Below are positions 23,708 through 37,289 of a stretch of 64,000 nucleotides of DNA, piece after piece. Source of the DNA: Rhodosorus marinus CCMP1338. Its lineage: Eukaryota; Plantae; Rhodophyta. Below the pieces are notes generated by a model, which was not told the origin of the DNA, did no database searches, and saw only the letters and a list, made by a program, of their open reading frames with translations. A program made the translations under genes and the position numbers. Each line of letters opens with the position of its first letter. Within the stretch, counting starts at the first letter, position 1. Location: the NCBI GenBank assembly GCA_029953675.1, contig JAMWBK010000002.1, forward strand, positions 3,410,001 through 3,474,000. The letters run 5' to 3'.

Positions 23708-24640
23708 ATGTTGTGCTTCGGCTTGCTGGCATCGGGTGGCGGACTGCTGCGTCTCAAATCGGTTAATTCTTGTTCAATTAGGGTCAAATGGACACCTCGG
23801 ACGTGTACCGTTTCTTGTATGAGTGAGGTAAAATTGGAATCGGGAAGCAACCAGAGCGTGTTTTCATGTAGCAACTGTGGAGCTGATCTGCCCTTAAGCA
23901 AGGCACGTTGTGAAACCTGCGGAATAGAATTTAGAAACGAAAGCACGAACTATGTTAACCGAGTCGCCCCACCGCCAAATTCACGGGGTCTTCAGCGCTT
24001 TGGTTTTGGACCGATTCGTCAGGACATGTTTCGGTCCAGTTTAGTTTCCTTTCTGTACGAGAGAGGATGGAGGGATGCCTTTCAAACTTACGGTTTTCCT
24101 GGACCTGAAGCAGAGTTCCAGATGCTAGTCGATTTCTGCGAGGAGAATGGTCAGTTGAATAGCATTGCCGCTGATATTTCGTGCGGGTCGGGGTTCATGG
24201 CCAGACGTATGCAAAAGAGTGGCAAGTTCAGTAGAGTGATTGCGTCCGATTTTTCTGAATCGATGCTAGACGAAACAGTGACAAGGTTCCGGAAGGAATC
24301 AAAGCTGAACCCAGAGGATCGGGACATTGTCCGAGCTGACGTTGCCAAGCTGCCGTTCAAGTCTAGTTCTGTGAATGTGATTCATAACGGAGCGGCGATA
24401 CATACCTATCCTAGAGCTCAGGATGGCTTGCGAGAAATGCACAGAGTCTTAGCAGATGGCGGGGTCCTGTTTGGCACTACTATGGATAAAAGACTCCTGG
24501 GATTCTCATTGCCGAGTTCCAATCCAGGCTTTCGGTTTTTCTCGAACCAGGAGTTGTTTTACTTGTTAAAGAGTGCTGGCTTTCGTGATCCCGTGGTTGA
24601 GAACTTGAACAAGTGCCTGGTATTTAAGGCCATTAAGTAG
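23708..24640 (+). CDS. SAM-dependent methyltransferase (Methyltransf_11) with CxxC...CxxC zinc ribbon, At2g41040-like, probably plastid-targeted
   Basis: SFLYERGWRDAF...GFPGPEAEF family motif; motif I ADISCGSG; CSNC and CETC pairs; Ser/Cys/Arg-rich N-terminus. Confidence 0.85.
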   Translation: MLCFGLLASGGGLLRLKSVNSCSIRVKWTPRTCTVSCMSEVKLESGSNQSVFSCSNCGADLPLSKARCETCGIEFRNESTNYVNRVAPPPNSRGLQRFGFGPIRQDMFRSSLVSFLYERGWRDAFQTYGFPGPEAEFQMLVDFCEENGQLNSIAADISCGSGFMARRMQKSGKFSRVIASDFSESMLDETVTRFRKESKLNPEDRDIVRADVAKLPFKSSSVNVIHNGAAIHTYPRAQDGLREMHRVLADGGVLFGTTMDKRLLGFSLPSSNPGFRFFSNQELFYLLKSAGFRDPVVENLNKCLVFKAIK

Positions 24641-25840
24641 CATGCGTACGATTCAACTGTGGCGCATGCTCCTCGATTAATGTTTGCTTGAACGACATCA
24701 CATTAAACCTTGCCAGTTTCGAATTTGGGTCGTTTCCTTTTCGTACAGATAGCAGAGACAGCAGAAGCCTGTCCGAGCTTAGCGCCACTTTAAAAAGGCA
24801 GATAGTTCGGTGTCAACAAGGAAGAATTGTATTGGAAGGACTCGAAATGAGACTATAAACCATTTTCGTCCGGCAGTCCTATATTATGTACTACCCGTAG
24901 CTTCTTAGGGCACTAAGGATTGCATTAGCTATCTAGAGGTGGACGGGTGGCGAATTAAAATCCCTTCAGGAGAATGAGCGCCAGACGCAGTTGAGAGCTC
25001 AGTTCGCACGACTGGGTGAGAGGCTCACCGGTGCATTCATTCAACGACCTTAACCTGACTCTGGACAACACGGTGTCGTCGCGTTCGTTGGACTCAAAAG
25101 TCTTACCCTTTAGAAAACCACGTAATAGAAAAGTTGGACACAGATAGGGCAAGCAGCCCGTTTCGCAAAATCAGCGGAGCTCAAGGCCAAACGGGGGCAA
25201 TCTTGCCAATGGGATGGGAACCGACTCATCTGAGGCGAATCCCTTCGTACGTGATAATTAAAATCAGGTGCTGAACTGGAATTTTCCATTTTTGCAGTTC
25301 ACTGGACTGCTGTGAGCACTAGTTGTGGGTTTCCCAAGGTATTTGGCCCCGGCTGCCAAGAAGACTAGTGCGTCCATGTTGTCAAATGAGCATATGCCCA
25401 CGGATACAAACAAACCCTCTCATCCTACTCACTAAAATATAGGCAAGATCTCCTACATAGTACGAGTTCGTGAGCAGTTGACTCAGTTTTGGAATTTTTA
25501 TCTTAATTTAGGATGCGTCCCTGTTGTCGCTGTTTGGTTTGCTTGGTTAAAAAAAACAAACGAAAAAAACAGAATGGCACAGTCGTTGAGACTTCTGAAG
25601 ACTTTTCGAGTCTCCAGCGCAGAAGGGAGTCGTTCGAGAAGTTTGTCGGGCTTGAAAGTGCAAGGTTCATACTAACGCTTATGTCTCCTCTGAGTGTGAA
25701 TGTTGGAATGTAATATGGACGTTTAAGGAAGGGTTGGACAACTTGAGAATTGGCCGTTTTCCGTTTGGAGGGTTGGGCTGTGGTGCTCTTGGGTGGTTGG
25801 TCTTTGGTAGTGGTCTCGCTCGCTCCTTTCCGTTTCCAAG

Positions 25841-28800
25841 ATGTCTTCGGAAGACGACAGTAGCCTGGATGAGGGAGCTAATGATGTAGGCGTACAAGAC
25901 GTGCTTGAGTGTGATGATGATATGGACAATATGGATGACAACGATGATGATGACGATAACGACGATGATGACGAAGACGATGATGACGATGATGACGATG
26001 ATGACGATGATGACGACGCCGAAGACAATGATCATCTTGACTACAGAGACCAAGATGCTGATTTGGAAATAGGAGAGGATGGAGAGGAGGAGGACGATGT
26101 CATTGGGGAAGACGGTGAGGGAGGTGATGAGGAGGACGACGAGATTTATCTTCTTCCAGAGTGGCCGAGGAGCTTCTCTCTGTCCAGCGGCGCGTCTTCA
26201 GAGTTAGAACCCTTCGCGGCTTTGCAGAACAGCCTCAACAGCGACAGGGCGATCGCTTTGTACCGTGATGGGGAGGAGGCGAACAGACCATTTGAGCTCC
26301 GCTTCGTCGAGCGCGGGGAGAACTTTCTAGGAGTTGGCTTGGAAGCAGGAACAGACCAGAACGGTGTTGGAGAGCTCTTAGAGGAGCTTTGGCAAGGATC
26401 TAGCAACGAGGTGGCGAGTATGGTAGCTGCACTAGGAGAAGTTGCAACGGCAGCTAATCGATGGAACGATCAGCCGGCTATAGTTTCTCTCGGTGGCTCA
26501 GCAGACAATTTCACGGAGAACATGGATAACGCTTTGAGAAGATACCGAAGGTTGCGCCAGGCCATGTGGTCCGGTGGAAGTGACTCCGATGGTCACTACG
26601 GAATGCATCCGCTCCTCCAGCGTGGCGTTCAAGAATCTTTCTTCGGACCAAGACAGAGCGAGGACAATACAGAACCTTTCCCTTCCAGAGCGGACGGCTC
26701 GGCGCTTCGGGAGGATGCTGAGAGACTCAATGGCATTGAGAGAAGCTCTTCAGGGCGCCGAGTGCCTTCGTACTCGAGACTGATGCATCGGATTGCGTCC
26801 GCAGGGCGACACGCAACCGGGTCTACGAATAGTGGAAGCTTGAATGGTGACGTCAGGGACCCGCCGCTGGCACAGTTCTACCTCAACTTGCGCAACAGTA
26901 GGGGCTTCGACAGCCATCTACGTGCGCGCGATCGTTACAGGGGTGTGCTCACTGCCGTCCAAAACCGATGGACCTACGCACCTATCGGCGACGGGGGGGT
27001 TGACTTCTCGTCGACGGTTAAAGGAGACCGCTCGTTGGATGACGTAGTACAGCAGAAAGTCGCGCAGGAGCTTGGGAGCGCCCTAAAGCAGATTCGAGAG
27101 GATGAGAATAGGTCGCTGGCTAGAAGAGTTGAGCTAGAAGAGGCCAGCAAGAAGCACGGAATGGAAAAGCATTCCACGAACGATCAAATAGACACGCAGC
27201 TCGATCCTAGGGCTGAACCAATGGAGATCTCGAAGACAAACTGCCCATCGAGTGAACACTCTGGGGAAAATGCCGAGGACGAGAGCATGGCCGACGACGG
27301 TCGAGTCGCGCAAGGCGGTATCCGAGATCCTACGATGAGGCTTTCAAATAATAACTCCTACGCAACAGGGAGCATGACACGAGAGAGGGAGGATGACTCT
27401 GATGTCGGCGCAGGAAATAGGGAAGGTCCGCGAAACATGCCTGCCAATCAAGGAGACACGGCTCTCAATGCTCGTCAGGAAACTGATCAAGTCCGATCGG
27501 CAGCCGAGGTTAGGGCCGGACAGCTTGGGATTTCACTGCATGCTCCGGCGAGCACGGACCCAGCGATTTTGGAGGCTGCGACGCAGAGCACGGGAATAGA
27601 TCCCACCTTTCTTGCCGCTCTGCCAGAGGATGTACGCTCAGAAGTTCTAGCTCAGCATATTGAGCAAATGGCTACTGAAGCAACGGTGCCTGGAAGTGAG
27701 GCCCGCAATATCTCTTCAAACCAAGAGTTCCTGTCCGCTTTGCCTCCAAATCTCCGTGCCGAGGTTCTGGATCAGGAAGCGCAGATCCTGGCGAGACGCC
27801 GTGCCGAGGCACAAGGAGCAGAAATGGACAACGCATCCTTTTTGGCAACCCTTACTCCGCAGCTGCGAGAGGAAGTTCTTCTCAACGCTGATGAAAACTT
27901 CCTTGGAACGCTGCCGCAAGGTCTGTCTGAAGAAGCGCGCCAACTGCGACAAAGGGAAAGGCAAATCCGCCCTATAAATTGGCGTTTGCAGCAGGGCATG
28001 TTTCATAACTCCGTCGGTGATGCAACGGCGCGACCGAGTAAGCAAAGATTCAAGCGCAAATCTTTCGATTTGGCTTCTTTTTATATCCTTGTTATTGATC
28101 CAAACCTCAATATCTTTGGCGACTTCTAACGAGAAATGCTAAAAGAACAGCACTCACCACACCCACTTTAGGACTCGGAAGGAGCAGAAACCCTGGCATG
28201 GAACCAGGCCGACGGGCGGCAACGGACCCGTACGCAGGAGCTGATAGATCGAAAGCCCATACTGAAGTTCCAATCTTCCTGGACGAGGAATCCGTGACAG
28301 CTGTGATAAAACTTTGGTACTCCGGAACTTCTCTTGGTAGGGGCCTATTGTACAGAGTGCTCTTGCACACGTGCAAGAACAAGGAAATGCGCGGCGTAAC
28401 TCTTCAGCTGTTGCTCGAGATCCTTTCCGCCGAAGCGAAAGGCCGGGTGCAGGACATGCCAGCTTCCGAGTCATCTCGAAAACAATCGATAGTGGATAAA
28501 ATTGGCGAAGGACGCGACCGCTTACCTCGCGCTACAATAATACGGAGAACGTTGGAACTTCTGATGAACCTAGCGGAGAAGGACAAGAGCATTGCTAGGA
28601 GCTTCATATTCTCAGATCGCTGGCCTCAGGAGGAGCTACCGTTCAACAAACTCTTGTCTCTTATGGCGTACGACCCGTTTACACGGAGCACTGCCACTCT
28701 GGAGGCGCTTATCAGAGTGCTTACCGTTGTTTGCTCAGCACTACCTTCGCAGGGTGGTTCGAACAAAGGGAATGGCAGGCTGGGAAGATCAAGAAGAGGA

Positions 28801-31543
28801 GGTTCCAGTCGTCGCCGCAGACAGCGAGGGCTTGCCACTCTGCAAATCGTCAATATACATCCCGAATCTGGGAACGAGACGACCGAGGAGGTTAATGAGA
28901 CGACTGATCTGGACGAAGATGCCGAGCACGGCGGAGAAGGACACCCGCTGCTGGATGGGAACGCAAACTTGCGAGTGGAGAATGATACCCAAGCTCCGAA
29001 TGAGTCTAAAGACAAACAAACTCGAATCGCGGAGAAGGTTCCGATCATAACCGTTGAAGACCTAGAGCGCCTAGCAGGCGTGCTGTCCAGACAGGGGTGT
29101 TCTGAAGGAACTTACCAAGGTATAGTTCAGATCCTGGACAGGCTATCACTTGTTCAGCAGAATCGCGCAGTCGCGCTTCGTTCTCTTTCGACGGAGGCGA
29201 ATTCGCTCGCTGACGTTATCGCCGATGGCTTCGACGAATTCCTGGAGGAAATGAACCATGCTCAAGAAGAACAGGACGATGCTATTCGAGCTAGCTCTCT
29301 CGCGAAGTTTTCGACTTGCGCTAGTGCTCAGGAGCTTAAGCTGCTGCGCATTATGAAAACCGTTGCTACCCTAGCGAAGGGCCACGACGGTGGTCTCCGA
29401 GGCACCACCATGAGCCTGACAAGGCTTTGGGAGGCTTTGAGCAACGTGCTAGGCGCGATCATCTTCCGAGAAGGCTCAGGCTACAGTACTGGAGGTGGAA
29501 GAAAGGTCACGAACAGGTCCAGAGATGGGCCTCCAACAACCAGCGGAGGAGCTGATCCGGCTCTATCAAGAGCCAGCTTCTCAGGAGCGGAGAGCGATGA
29601 AGGTATGCAGCCCCCATAGTTTTAGGCTTTAGGAGTTTAGCTTGTTTCGGGCTTGTAACTTTGGCTTTTGTCGCGGCTTGTTTCTTTTGATTGCTTACCG
29701 ACGACAATTTGAACCTCCCACTTGATGCAGAAGGATATGGGACTGATAGGGAGCCGCAGAAAGTTGGCAGGCACAACATCCCGCCGATCCTCTCTAGGCT
29801 CTCGCCTGTAATCCAAGCTTTCTTTGTGGCGCATTCTGCTGAGGAAGAGCCAAAAGAACCGTCGTCGACGACATCACTTCCAAGCCTGAAATCGCCTTTA
29901 ATTTCGTCAATGGGCTCGAAAGATGTAGATGCGGGACGCACGGAGTCGGCAATGAGCGGTGATGGAGGTATCACAGACCTTGGCCGGTTCATAGAATTGC
30001 ATCGTGTCCCTGTCAATATGCTGCTTCGAGCAACGCCGTCCCTCCTTGAAGGGGACTTTTTCAAGGCCGCTCTGAAGTATTCACAGTGGATCGATTTTGA
30101 CAACAAGAAAACGTACTTTCGCAATCTTATCAAACAACGTACTGCGGCTGCGAATCCAAGCCAGATTGAGCTTTGCGTACGTAGAGAACACGTTTTCGAG
30201 GAGAGCTACTTCAAGCTCAGATCGAAAAAGGCCGAGGAAATGAAAGGAAGGCTCCAAGTCCAGGTATGCGCTGGTTCTGAGTTCAACCTAAGGTGCAAGC
30301 CATGTGTGGAGCAGTTCTGAAAAACGAGCCTTTTCTATGATTTTTCTTTATCCACCCCCGCTCTCTCGCACTAGTTCCAGGACGAGGAAGGCATCGATGC
30401 CGGTGGGGTAACTCGCGAATGGTATACAATTCTAGCGAGAAAAATTTTCGACGCGAATTACGCACTGTTTAGGCGGTCCACGGCGGAAAGCGCAACTTAT
30501 CAGCCGAACACTCTTTCGTATGTGAACGATCATCACCTAAGCTTCTTCCACTTCGTGGGGAGAATCATAGGCAAAGCTATTTATGACGGCCAACTACTTG
30601 ATGCTTACTTCACTCGGTCTTTTTACAAGCACATTCTTGGAATACGCCCGAACTACCATGACCTGGAACCAATAGATCCCGACTACTATAAGAGTCTTTG
30701 CTGGATGTTAGAGAACGACATTGATGGTGTGCTCGATCTAACTTTCAGTGCGGAGTACGATGACTTTGGAGTGACCAAGGTGGTCGACCTGATTCCGAAC
30801 GGGCGAAAGGTGCCGGTTACGAACGACAACAAGAAGGAGTACGTCAATCTCATTACGGATTTGCGGCTGACGAAGACAATTAAGCTTCAGATTGAGCATT
30901 TTCTCACGGGTTTTCAAGAGCTCATCCCCCGGGAAGATATCAAGATCTTCAACGAGCTCGAACTTGAGCTCTTGATGAGCGGTCTTCCCGAAATAGACGT
31001 CGCAGATTTGAAAGCAAACGTTGAGTACCTGGGGTAGGTTTACCTCTGCTACCCGGATTTTCACCATTTGAAGCTCAGATTATGAACTAATGTCAGTTGT
31101 CATCTTCTTGCACGCGATACAGCTATACGATTTCCAGCCCACAAATCAATTGGTTCTGGAAATCTGTGTCGGAAATGGGAAGAGAGGACTTGGCGAGACT
31201 TGTCATGTTTACAACAGGCACTAGCAAGGTGCCTCTGGAAGGCTTTGCTGCTTTACAGGTTCGTTCTCCACTGATATTTTTGTGTCGCTCATAACCACGA
31301 AGTGCCACCCAGTTTAAAGCGAGGTCTACTGACTCGGAATTTTTACTTGTTGAATTCTTTTAGGGCATGAACGGCCACCAGAAGTTCCAAATCCATAGGG
31401 TTGCAGGTGATTCGAATAGACTACCCACAGCGCATACCTGTTTCAACCAGCTGGACCTTCCTGAGTACTCTGATGAGGACAAGCTTAGACGCTCGCTACT
31501 AGTTGCAATAAGAGAGGGTGCAGAGGGTTTTGGATTCGGATGA
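25841..31543 (+). CDS. HECT E3 ubiquitin ligase of HUWE1/UPL1/Tom1 type (C-terminal half only), 6 exons, about 1,700 aa
   Basis: Acidic tract, three UBM/DUF4414-like repeats ([51 protein letters not shown]) and HECT motifs [28 protein letters not shown]-type FTTGTSKVP and [16 protein letters not shown]. Stop at 31541-31543. Confidence 0.93.
25912..26033 (+). repeat. GAY trinucleotide low-complexity tract encoding poly-Asp
   Basis: Near-continuous GAT/GAC codons in the HECT gene first exon; explains the spurious antisense poly-Ser and poly-Ile ORFs. Confidence 0.9.
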
Positions 31544-32411
31544 TTGGTTTATTTGCTAATTTCCAAAAAAAGAGCTGGATTCCTTGATGGGCTATTGCAT
31601 AGGATCTGCGCTGGTGCGCTTAACAAAAAAAAAGCGCTCTGGCTTTGGTTGAGCTAAATGGGAAAATCAACCGCTCGTGCAGTCGGTTTCAGCATTGCAT
31701 GTAGTGCATAGCAAGGCCTGGCACCGCCTCAGAATAAGTGGGTGAACCTCTCTTAGACACTGTTAGCTTACTAGATTTACTGCTTTTTGGGAACCTCCAG
31801 GAGACACTCCCAATGGGCCTCGGAAGACCAGACCCAAAGCTTATCTGGATTATGAATCGCAGCAAATTACACAGACTCAAGCCTCAAGAGGTCTGCGCAG
31901 CCATCTCCAAGCTTGTTCGACAATGCCCGGGTTTACGAAGAGCTCTGGTTCTGAGCTTACGAACTTGGGTGTTTGGTAAGCTCAACCAATATTCACTGAA
32001 ATATCACCAAGAAGAATCAATTTCTTCCCCAGCTGGTCGTATACTCGGACAGATCCGCGTATTGGAAACCACCACAACTGGTCGATCTTCTCGTGTTGTG
32101 CGCGCAGACGAAATGCGAGTACACAAGTAGACGGAAACGAGTTTCCGATACATCCCTTCTCGCCATCCTGTAGTTCAGTCCATTTAAGCTCTCCAAGATC
32201 GATTTCGAATTCTAGGGTTTTGGTTGCGTTTAGTTGAGACTGACCGTTCAGGAAAGTATCAGGTATTGTCTGAAGCTCTTGGTTAAGCTGGATTCGTACA
32301 AGATCTTAGCGCGCTGATTGCTGGGACGAAGGGAGGCAATCGTGATAAAGTTTTGAATTGATGGCGTCAGATGACGGGTGAGATTGACGCGTTGGGAAGG
32401 CTCCTTGTTCG

Positions 32412-35400
32412 ATGTCCTGGATAAACGGCACCGTTGAGGAAAAGAGGATGCTTTTGGGCGACAATCATCGCTCGAGACAACGGTGGGGAACCAATCTTGG
32501 GACGAGTATTCGCCGGACGATAACCAAACTCTCTACAGCTGCTAAGAGGGTGTCTAAAGTTGAAGAATTTGAAGACGTTGAGCTCTACATTGCTTCTACA
32601 TGGCGCAGAGCGCTGTTCGTTTGTTTTTGTACCGTTTTCGTCGGACTGCCATACCTTTTGCTCAGGCACAATGAGCGCGCTCTGGTCAAGGCCACGCATC
32701 GAAGAGCACGGTACGGTGACGATGAGGAACTTGTTGTTCTCGTCAAACCGTTTAGGGGAAGCTGGGTCGTTGCGAATGACTCAGAGTTCGTTGATCCCGG
32801 GGAGATTCGAGCTCTCCTGAGGCGTGTGATCGAGACTGAAAAGGATGTCCTTAGTGAGAATCACAACATGCTTGTACAAGCGTCACGAGATGATACAGCA
32901 ATGTACGGTTTGGTCTTCGAAGTGCAATACCGACGCTACGTCCTCGTCGAGGTGGTATTGTCGGATGGAGCAACGCCGTACTCGCCGGGGTCACTCCTCT
33001 TTGACTCTCACCAACTCGACTCTGAGCTTGACCATATGTGGATATTGAGCACGGTAGAGGGCTCATTTCACCCGTCGGTCGAGGAGCTTTTCGTTGGGGA
33101 TCGAGAGGGACCTGGTGCGACTGCCGGAGCTCTCGTTTTGAAGGAAAATATGCACGGAGTCGATCAAGTAACTGCTGAGGATAGGCTAGTCTTATATGGC
33201 GAGAACGTGCTCACGGTACGGGTTCCGTCCAGGGCTAAGCTGTTTGTAAATGAGCTTCTGCACCCGTTCTTCTTATTCCAGATCTGGGCTGTTGTGCTGT
33301 GGCTCTTCGAGAATTATTATTATTATGCACTTTGCATTCTCTTCACGTCGCTCTATTCCGCTTTCGAAGAAGCTAGCGACGTCCATGAGAACTGGCTGCG
33401 TCTCTCACGGTTAGCTCTAGAGAAGGAGCCAGTAACTGTGATCAGAAATTCACGGGAGGCGCAAATATCTTCCTGCCAGCTTGTTCCTGGTGATATTATG
33501 CTCGTGACACCCGGCATGCGCATGCCCTGCGACGGTACAATTTTGTGTGGCTCGGCTCTAACCAACGAGGCGAGTCTCACGGGAGAGTCCAGCCCAGTTC
33601 GAAAAACGCGGTGGATGCCAAGTGCAATTGATTTGCTGAACGATGAAGATGCATCGGAAATGTCGGAATTGGAGGATGAAGAGGAGGAGAAAGACGAGGT
33701 CCTAGTCGCTTTTGAACAGGAGCACGACTATGTTGAAGAAAAGACGACGGATAGGGTTGTACCAATTGAAGCCCCTGGCTCGAGCATCCTTTCGGGCGGT
33801 CCTGCTTCGAGCATGGAGGTAGGAGATTCGTGGGCGCGATCAGAGCACGTCATTTACAATGGTACGAACATCCTGGACTCCCGATCGCCGACTTTAGTCG
33901 TTGTCACGCGGACAAGAGCGGAGACTGTTCGAGGAGATCTCGTACGAGACATTCTTGTCGATAGTCGGTCCTCCGCTGGGGCGGTAGCGACCCTGCACCG
34001 GTAAACTACTGCCGCTCAAAATCTTCGTCCGTGCTGAGCTTGATCTCCTCCAAGTAGAGCTCCTAATCCTTGGACGGACCCAAGGCAACGAAAACTAACA
34101 CACAAGCAGAGAAATGGAAATAGCTGGCATTTCGATTTTTGCGCCTAGAAGACGAGCTTACTGACTTCGTCCACGAACTTGGCTTTATTAGGGATTCGTA
34201 TGTGGTATTACTTGTAATGGCCGGTATTGCTTCAATGACAACCATCTGGGCGGTGAATCGCTTCATAAACCTGCTCGGAGTTACAACCGTCAACGCAGTG
34301 CTTCAAGGCCTGGATCTAATCACAATTGCTCTCCCTCCTGCTCTTCCGGCGACGGTGACCTTTGGCCTCGTGTACGCTATCAAGAGACTGCAAAAGAAGC
34401 GAATTCTTGTAACTAGAGCAAACGCGGTGATTTCCTCGGCTTGGCTGGACGTTTTATGTTTCGATAAAACTGGTGAGTGTTTCTGTAGCATCTCTACTTT
34501 CCTACCTTTTGAACGTGACAAACCTTTTTTTGGCGGGTACAACGATTTCTTGACGAAAAAGCATGTGCTTGAAGCCACCAAGAACGCTATCATGTTGATT
34601 GAACCACAAGAGTTGTGCATGCGCAGGAACCCTAACAGAAGATGGACTCGACGTTAAAGGGGTGCTCCCATGTGTCAATGGCGCTTTCGACAGCAGAGGG
34701 TTTGTGAGGAACGATAGGAAGTACTCCGAAGATCTGGTGAGGCTCATGGCCTCTTGTCACGCACTCAGCCGGATTGACGGAGAGATTGTCGGGGATGAAG
34801 TAGATTTGAAGATGTTCGAACTATCAAAATGGAAACTCGTGAACTCCGAGCAGAGTGATAAAGCGGTCTTGCAAGTTTCTGATCGAGATGGCAACCTCGT
34901 AAACGTCCTTCGAGCCTTTGACTTCAAGTCTGAGCTTGCGAGAATGAGCGTGATTGCTCAATGGGAAACTGGCTGCTCTATTTTCACGAAAGGAGCACCA
35001 GAGATGGTGGCAAGCAAGTGTATTAAATCGACGGTACCTCGAGACCTTCACTCGGTGCTGGACAAGTATGCAGAGCAGGTACGCATGAAACCAGCCCAGG
35101 CCGGAGCTGAGTCGCGATATACATTGTTTGGTTATAAGAAGGAACCTCTCCGTGCTTTGTGCACCTCGGTTCTGTCGCGTTCTAACCTGTGTCTACCTCT
35201 GCTTCAGGGTTATCGAGTACTGGCGCTAGCGCAGAGGTCTCTCCTGGATGCAGCTTTGAATGAGGCCATGAGTCAACCTCGGAGCAGAATTGAGAAAAAC
35301 CTTTCCTTTGCGGGAATTGTAGTCCTGGAGAACCGCTTGAAACCGGACACAAGCTCCGTTCTTCGGGAGCTAAACTTGGATGCAAAAGTTCGGACAGTCA

Positions 35401-37020
35401 TGGTGACTGGCGACCACCCGCGCACAGCGCTTAGTGTTGCTCGCCAGTGCGGCATTTTTGAGACTGCGAAGGTGCGCTGCCTAACGCTTTTGATAGATTC
35501 AAGCCAAAAAATTGGCCTACCTCTTGCGGGTCCAGCGCTCTTCGTCTGAGATGCTAAGTGATTGAGAACTTTAGGTTCGTATTCTGAAGTTGCTCCTTGC
35601 TGAATCTCTGATGGAGCTTTTGGCAGGACACCCCGGCAATTGTGTGTGAGGCGCAGAGGGGTAAGAACCAGAGAAATGCGGATGGTTGTATATCCTTCCT
35701 TGAAGTGGGGACAATAGAAAAAAAACGGCTTCGTCGGGCGGATGTCACTCGGAGGCTGTTTTCAGACGTACATGGGAAACAGTGCAGTATCGTGATGACC
35801 GGTGCCGCCTTTCGTGCTTTGTTTGCTGAACATAGTGAGCTGAAACGACTTACCCCTGACACTAGCACAGCGGTAAGTTTGCCACTGCCTGCAAGGGAGG
35901 AGCTCTGTGATTCTTACCCTAAACTTGAGATTTGTCTTGTACGGTTGCAAGAGATTCATTTCGCAGCTGCTCAGACGATGTACAGTATTTGCGAGAATGT
36001 CCGCTGCCGACAAGACTTTGCTGGTTCGACTTATGAATAGTGAGGTTGGTTCTCTTGTTGGGATGTGTGGTGATGGGGCCAACGACGCAGGAGCGCTGCG
36101 AGAAGCAGCTGTAGGAATTTCGCTTTGCGGTGAGGAGGACGGTGAGGTTACTGCGTCTTTAGCCGCCCCCTTGACATCCAGAATCACGACGATTTGCGCG
36201 GTGGCCAGCTCGATGAAAGAGGTATTGAGCTCTCTCCAGAACGGTCGGTTTAATAGTCTTTAGGATCATGTCAGTGCAATAACTCTAGTGTCTTTTGCCG
36301 CTCTTCAACGAATAGGGCAGGGCTGCTGCATCCTGCTCGGTGGCTGCTCTAAAGTATATGTTTATGTATTCGGTCTTGCAGCTCGTGTCAGTTTCTTTTT
36401 TGTACAACTTCGGTTGTAATCTAAGCGATGGGCAGTTTCTATTCGTCGACCTCTTCCTCATCATCCCGTTGGGTGTTTTAATGGGGGAGACAGAAGCTAG
36501 CGACTATTTATGCGAGCAAAATCCACCTCGTCGTCTAACTGACAGGAGAGTTTTGTACAGTGCAATCGGCCAGGGCATCATAATGCTCGCGTTCCAACTA
36601 CTTTTGATGGCCTATTTGAGGAGTCTGGGTTACTGGCCCCCATTGGAGAGCATTCAAAGCCAGATAGGAAAAACTGGAGATTTGCTGGACAAGAACGAAC
36701 TCGTCACCGCTGTGTTCCTGTACGTCAACTTCCAGTACGTTTGGAGTTGTTGGGTATTCAATCTGGGCCCCCCATTTCGGAAGTTTTACCAGTCAAACAA
36801 GGGCTATGCTATCACTTTGTACCTAGCGACTTTCTTTTGTGCGGCGCTAACCCTCAGCCCACCGCAGATAGTCTCAAAGTTGCTTCGCATGAAAGCTTTG
36901 CCTATGACTTGTCGGATCGTCTTGACAGCTCTTGCGTTCGCCAACTTATGGGCCTGTCTGATATTGGAGAGATACGTGAACAGCCTCGGTGCTGGTTCAA
37001 GGGCTCGAGGGACCCAGTGA
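32412..37020 (+). CDS. P5B-type ATPase (ATP13A2-5 family), multi-exon
   Basis: Motifs LHPFFLFQ, NEASLTGES, PPALP (the P5B signature), DKTG/T split by an intron, TKGAPE, GYRVLALA, MVTGD, GMCGDGANDAGAL and spliced EGRAA...KYMFMYS. Confidence 0.93.
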
Positions 37021-37289
37021 TTTCGCTTGACCGTCTATAAAGATTGTTCAACAGGTGTATTCAGCGCTTCTCACGACTCGTGTCCGCTTAGAACAATCCT
37101 GGGTCACGCCCTGCTGCGTATGCTTGTACACTGCTTGGAATTTCCGACAACGAGCCACGCAAACATCGGAAATTGGCTCATACAAGTGGCAGAAACAAAG
37201 AAATGGGACTAGGACCAAACCCAGACTATTGCAATCCAAGAGGGAGCTCCTGTTCTTAGACGCCTTTTGCGTGCGTCCAGCGACCGCCC

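Noticed and set aside
25679-26053. Antisense poly-Ser and poly-Ile/Val ORFs
   Set aside because: They are shadows of the GAY poly-Asp tract on the plus strand.
34460-34480. ORF track shows DKTGE instead of the P-type ATPase DKTGT motif
   Set aside because: An intron (GTGAGT...GCGCAG) splits the codon; splicing restores DKTGTLTEDG, so the pump is not degenerate.
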